Shown: piece after piece, positions 8,643 through 11,911 of the stretch
Layout: every line of letters starts with the position of its first letter
Position numbering within the stretch: position 1 is the first letter of the stretch
Source: Promethearchaeota archaeon
GTDB taxonomy: Archaea; Asgardarchaeota; Lokiarchaeia; Sigyniarchaeales; SOKP01
Length of the DNA: 11,911 nt
Direction: 5' to 3'
NCBI GenBank assembly: GCA_048941265.1
Contig: JBHLNT010000127.1
Location: 1 to 11,911 of the forward strand
Notes under the pieces: generated by a model
Told to the model about the DNA's origin: nothing
The model's database searches: none
Seen by the model: the letters and a program-made list of their open reading frames with translations, nothing else
Program-made: the position numbers and the translations under genes

Positions 8643-8882
8643 AATAAACCTAAATTGAATAAAATTGAATTCTTTAACAAATATAAAAATAAGATAATAT
8701 ATACTTTTTTTGTATTTACTTTAATTTTAGAATTTTAGTTAATGCGTAAATCATCAGTAATTTTGAGTAATTTATTTCATATAAAGTACTAAAAGTATCT
8801 TTTATATTTATTAGCAGTAAAATCCTAATTTATGTTAGTTAGTAAAAACTCAGTAAAATAAAAAAATTTAAAAAGTTGAGGA

Positions 8883-9581
8883 ATGAAAGTAATAGGTTTA
8901 TTAGGAGGAATGAGTTGGGAGTCATCTCTTGAATATTATAGAATTATAAATGAGATTGTGAAACAAAGATTGGGTGGGCTTCATTCTGCGAAATGCATTT
9001 TATATTCTGTGGATTTTGAAGAAATCGAAATTTTACAAAAAGAAGGTAAATGGGACAAGCTAACGAAAATTATGATTGAATCTGCTCAAAATTTGGAAAA
9101 TGCTGGAGCAGAAATGGTTTTAATTTGCACTAATACAATGCATAAAATGGCTAATGAAGTTCAAAATGCAATCCAAATTCCATTATTACATATAGCTGAT
9201 GCTACAGCTGAAAAAGTCAGAGAGAAAAATTTAAAAAAAGTGGGACTTCTAGGTACCAAATATACAATGGAACAAGATTTTTATAAAGGTAGAATAAAAG
9301 AAAAATATAATATCGATGTAATAATCCCAAATCCAGATGATAGAGAAATACTCCATGCGGTTATTTATAATGAACTTTGCCTAGGTCAAATAAATGAAGA
9401 TTCAAGAGATAAATGTAAAAAGATTATTGAAAATCTAATTAACAATGGAGCAGAAGGAGTTATTTTAGGTTGTACAGAAATACCACTCTTAATAAATCAA
9501 AAAGATTTTGCAATCCCCATATTTGATACAACTCTTATTCATTGCGTTGCTGCTGTTGAATATGCTTTGAGGATTGAATAA
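8883..9581 (+). CDS. Aspartate/glutamate racemase family protein (YgeA/RacX-like, PLP-independent)
   Basis: MKVIGLLGGMSWESS.EYYR.INE, LGGLHSA, ICTNTMHK, LLGTKYTME, ILGCTEIP, FDTT.IH. Confidence 0.93.
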   Translation: MKVIGLLGGMSWESSLEYYRIINEIVKQRLGGLHSAKCILYSVDFEEIEILQKEGKWDKLTKIMIESAQNLENAGAEMVLICTNTMHKMANEVQNAIQIPLLHIADATAEKVREKNLKKVGLLGTKYTMEQDFYKGRIKEKYNIDVIIPNPDDREILHAVIYNELCLGQINEDSRDKCKKIIENLINNGAEGVILGCTEIPLLINQKDFAIPIFDTTLIHCVAAVEYALRIE

Positions 9582-9614
9582 ATAAAATAATTAACTCTTT
9601 GTTTTTTAAAAATT

Positions 9615-9649
9615 ATGAAAATTTAATGTGGAAATGAAAATTTAATGTG
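9615..9649. repeat. Perfect 16-bp direct repeat ATGAAAATTTAATGTG x2 (19-bp period)
   Basis: Copies at 9615-9630 and 9634-9649, between convergent racemase and aIF1 genes. Confidence 0.85.
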
Positions 9650-9666
9650 TTTAGATACCCTTCTTA

Positions 9667-9987
9667 CTAGCTTTCTTTTATAAATATTTTATCCTCGTCG
9701 TAACCTAACTTTACTAATAACCCTTTTAATTTAAAACGGTGATCGCCTCTGATTTCTACACTATTATCTCTTACCACTCCCCCAGAACCAAGTTTTTTTT
9801 TAGCTGATTTCAAAATTTCTTGTAAATTAGCATCAAAATTTCCTTCAAAAGTGATAAGAGTAACAATTTTTCCCCATTTTCTTGTGTCATTAGAAATAGT
9901 TATTACTTGTTCATCTGCGCTTAAATCACTACACACACATAAATCTTTTGGAAGCCCACATAAACTACAGATCGCTTCTTCTTTAAT
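9667..9987 (-). CDS. sui1: Translation initiation factor aIF1 / SUI1, probable non-canonical ATT start
   Basis: IKEEAICSLCGLPKDLCVCSDL...RKWGKIVTLI...KKKLGSGG.V..N.VEIRGDHR..LK.LL...GY. The ORF-track GTG (9936) is the Val inside CVC. An in-frame TGA at 9997-9999 caps the frame with no ATG/GTG/TTG in between. Confidence 0.9.
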   Translation of the reverse strand: MKEEAICSLCGLPKDLCVCSDLSADEQVITISNDTRKWGKIVTLITFEGNFDANLQEILKSAKKKLGSGGVVRDNSVEIRGDHRFKLKGLLVKLGYDEDKIFIKES

Positions 9988-10178
9988 TTTGTATTTTCAC
10001 AACCTTTTGATTATTTAATGTTATTACTTATATTACTATATATTTATCTTTTATTTATATAATCTATATTTCTTTTCCTTTATATATAAAATTTATAGTC
10101 CAAATAGAGTTTTGTATAATTAATTTCTTTCATTTAATTTGATCAATATTATATTGATTAGATGCAATAATGAATTAA

Positions 10179-10985
10179 TTGAAGACTAATTTAAGAATTG
10201 ATCCTTCCTTAAGAATGATTGAAAGTTTCAAATTTTCTGCACATAGGGGTTATAAAGATAAATCAATTGAAAACACAAAAGAGAGTTTTTTAAAAGCTAT
10301 TGAGGAGGATCTTGATTATATAGAATTAGACATCCGAAAAACTAAAGAAAATATCCCAATTGTATTTCATGATAAAAAATTAAATCGCATGTTTAATAAA
10401 AAGAGAGCTAAAATCGAAAATTACTCACTCAAAGAATTAAAAACATTAGCATATAAAGATGGTCAGAAAATTCAAACCCTTGAAGAAGTACTTTTAATAC
10501 TCAAAGGTAAAATTAAAATTATTATTGATATTAAAATTGAGGGATTGGAATCAAAAATTATTCAATTAATTAAAAAATACAACCTCATGAATGATGTTAT
10601 TATTCAGAGTAAAAGGGGAGAGATAATAAATAATTGTTATAGAATTACTCCTTCATTAGAATATTCTCTTTATCGTGGTTACTTAGGTAAAATGTGGGCC
10701 TTTGGTGATATTTTAAAAATTCATAAAATTTTAGCCCCAATTTGGTATTATGTAAAGGTTAAACCATATCATATTAATTATATCAATTTGGATGGACCTT
10801 ATATTTATGATGATTTAATAATGACATGCCATTCTAATGGACTAAAAATTATACTGGGATCTTGGAATGTAAAAAAATATGTAAAATATGTTAGAAAATG
10901 GAATGTTTATATTATTAATTCTAATGACCCTAAAAAAATTAAAGAATATCTAAATTATTATAGAAAAAATGGATTTTTAAAATAG
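10179..10985 (+). CDS. Glycerophosphodiester phosphodiesterase (GDPD) family protein
   Basis: SAHRG, ENT.ESF.KA, DYIELDIRKTK...IVFHD..L.R, TLEEVL, IIDIK. Start either TTG 10179 or ATG 10215. Confidence 0.88.
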   Translation: MKTNLRIDPSLRMIESFKFSAHRGYKDKSIENTKESFLKAIEEDLDYIELDIRKTKENIPIVFHDKKLNRMFNKKRAKIENYSLKELKTLAYKDGQKIQTLEEVLLILKGKIKIIIDIKIEGLESKIIQLIKKYNLMNDVIIQSKRGEIINNCYRITPSLEYSLYRGYLGKMWAFGDILKIHKILAPIWYYVKVKPYHINYINLDGPYIYDDLIMTCHSNGLKIILGSWNVKKYVKYVRKWNVYIINSNDPKKIKEYLNYYRKNGFLK

Positions 10986-11147
10986 GTTTAATCTTTATTA
11001 TAAGATTTTTCAATTTCTAAATATCCAATATCTTTTTTAAGTTATAAATCTTAGATCTTTTCATAAATTGATTCACAAAATCCCCATTTTATATCCATTC
11101 TATACTAATTCTGAAAGATTATTAGTTAATTGGTAATTTAAGAGAGA

Positions 11148-11190
11148 TTACGTCATAACGTAAAATTTATTAACTTTGATTGATAATCAA
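11148..11190. promoter_or_regulatory. Two palindromes flanking a TATA-like element upstream of the ZIP gene
   Basis: TTACGT-cata-ACGTAA 11148-11163; TTTATTAA 11166-11173; TTGATT-gat-AATCAA 11176-11190. Confidence 0.45.
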
Positions 11191-11252
11191 TTTATAGAGA
11201 TATTTCCATTTTTTAAATATTATTTAATGCTTAAAAGAAGGTTTTAAGAATA

Positions 11253-11911
11253 ATGCTTGAATGGATAATCCTTTTTAGTATATTAGGAAGTATTGGAGCT
11301 TTATCGGCAGCAGCCATTTTCATTCTATTCAATGATAAAATCCAAAAATTATTAGTCACTATATTAATTTCCTATGCAATAGGTACTTTACTTACCGCTG
11401 CTCTTTTTGGATTAATTCCGGAAGCTATAGAAGGAGCTGGGGATGAACCACATAATGTGATGTTGTTTGTTTTAGGAAGCATCTTATTCTTCTTTTTTTT
11501 GGAAAAAATCATTATATGGAGAAATTGTCCAGATGAAGAGTGTGACGTGCACGGGATTGCAGCTGGACCAATAGTGCTCATTGGAGATGCATTTCATAAT
11601 TTTACGGATGGTATTGTAATTGCAGCTGCATTTTTAACTGATTTTAATATTGGTTTAGCAGCAAGCTTTGCTATTATAGCCCACGAAATACCTCAAGAAA
11701 CGGGGGATTTTGGTATATTACTGCACAGTGGTTTTTCAAGAAAAAAAGCTTATGCCTATAATGCTCTATCAAGTATTTCTACTATCCCTGCTTCGATAAT
11801 TTCTTATTTTGTTTTAGGGATCTTTTCAATAATCATACCCTATGTGTTAGCTATATCCGCCGCTAGCTTCTTATATATAGCTTTATCTGATTTAACACCC
11901 GAACTTCATAA
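11253..11911 (+). CDS. ZIP family metal (Zn/Fe/Mn) transporter, 3' truncated by the window edge (absent from the ORF track)
   Basis: MLEWIILFSILGSIGALSAAAIF...SYAIGTLLTAALFGLIPEAI...FFLEKIIIWRNCPDEECDVH...IGDAFHNFTDGIVIAAAF...AIIAHEIPQETGDFGILLHSGFS..KA...FLYIALSDLTPELH; TM4 HN..DG and TM5 HE.PQE.GD metal-site motifs. Confidence 0.93.
   Translation, partial: MLEWIILFSILGSIGALSAAAIFILFNDKIQKLLVTILISYAIGTLLTAALFGLIPEAIEGAGDEPHNVMLFVLGSILFFFFLEKIIIWRNCPDEECDVHGIAAGPIVLIGDAFHNFTDGIVIAAAFLTDFNIGLAASFAIIAHEIPQETGDFGILLHSGFSRKKAYAYNALSSISTIPASIISYFVLGIFSIIIPYVLAISAASFLYIALSDLTPELH

Noticed and set aside
9997-10002. TTG-TGA in frame with aIF1 read as a selenocysteine readthrough start
   Set aside because: Position 2 does not correspond to a conserved Cys and I found no convincing SECIS downstream; AUU initiation is simpler.
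10022-10090. TATTACT repeats and TA runs between aIF1 and GDPD
   Set aside because: Low-complexity AT-rich divergent promoter DNA; cannot be separated from background.
5523-11581. ORFs 5523..5705(-), 7936..8136(+), 11372..11581(-)
   Set aside because: Overlap well-supported genes (ECF-S/thrC end, ald, ZIP); shadow ORFs.
1-11911. CRISPR arrays, tRNA/rRNA genes, intact mobile elements
   Set aside because: No regularly spaced repeat-spacer units, no GC-rich structured RNA segments, and no transposase or integrase ORFs seen.

Overview
Strongly AT-rich archaeal housekeeping/metabolic region. An archaeal-type aIF1/SUI1 with a Cys4 N-terminus, GTGA-type SD motifs and the gene mix suggest Asgard (Lokiarchaeia-like) origin, which is an inference. 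Gene order: 3' end of an unknown ORF; two tandem paralogous NDP-forming acyl-CoA synthetase alpha subunits (TTG starts, no beta subunit in window); DUF2804 protein; solitary ECF S-component preceded by two ATAAG-N6-CTTAT palindromes; a convergent Zn-ribbon/threonine-synthase-like/winged-HTH fusion; an unannotated 35-aa membrane peptide; bacterial-type alanine dehydrogenase divergent from a YgeA-type amino-acid racemase; aIF1/SUI1; glycerophosphodiester phosphodiesterase; partial ZIP metal transporter. Main signals: (1) aIF1 and the ThrC-like gene both have family-typical N-terminal Cys motifs upstream of any in-frame ATG/GTG/TTG, implying AUU starts and a possible IF3-like start-codon-fidelity feedback loop; (2) the ThrC-wHTH fusion appears to have an altered substrate site and lies beside a putative vitamin S-component with a tandem operator, a candidate PLP-enzyme-derived transcriptional regulator.
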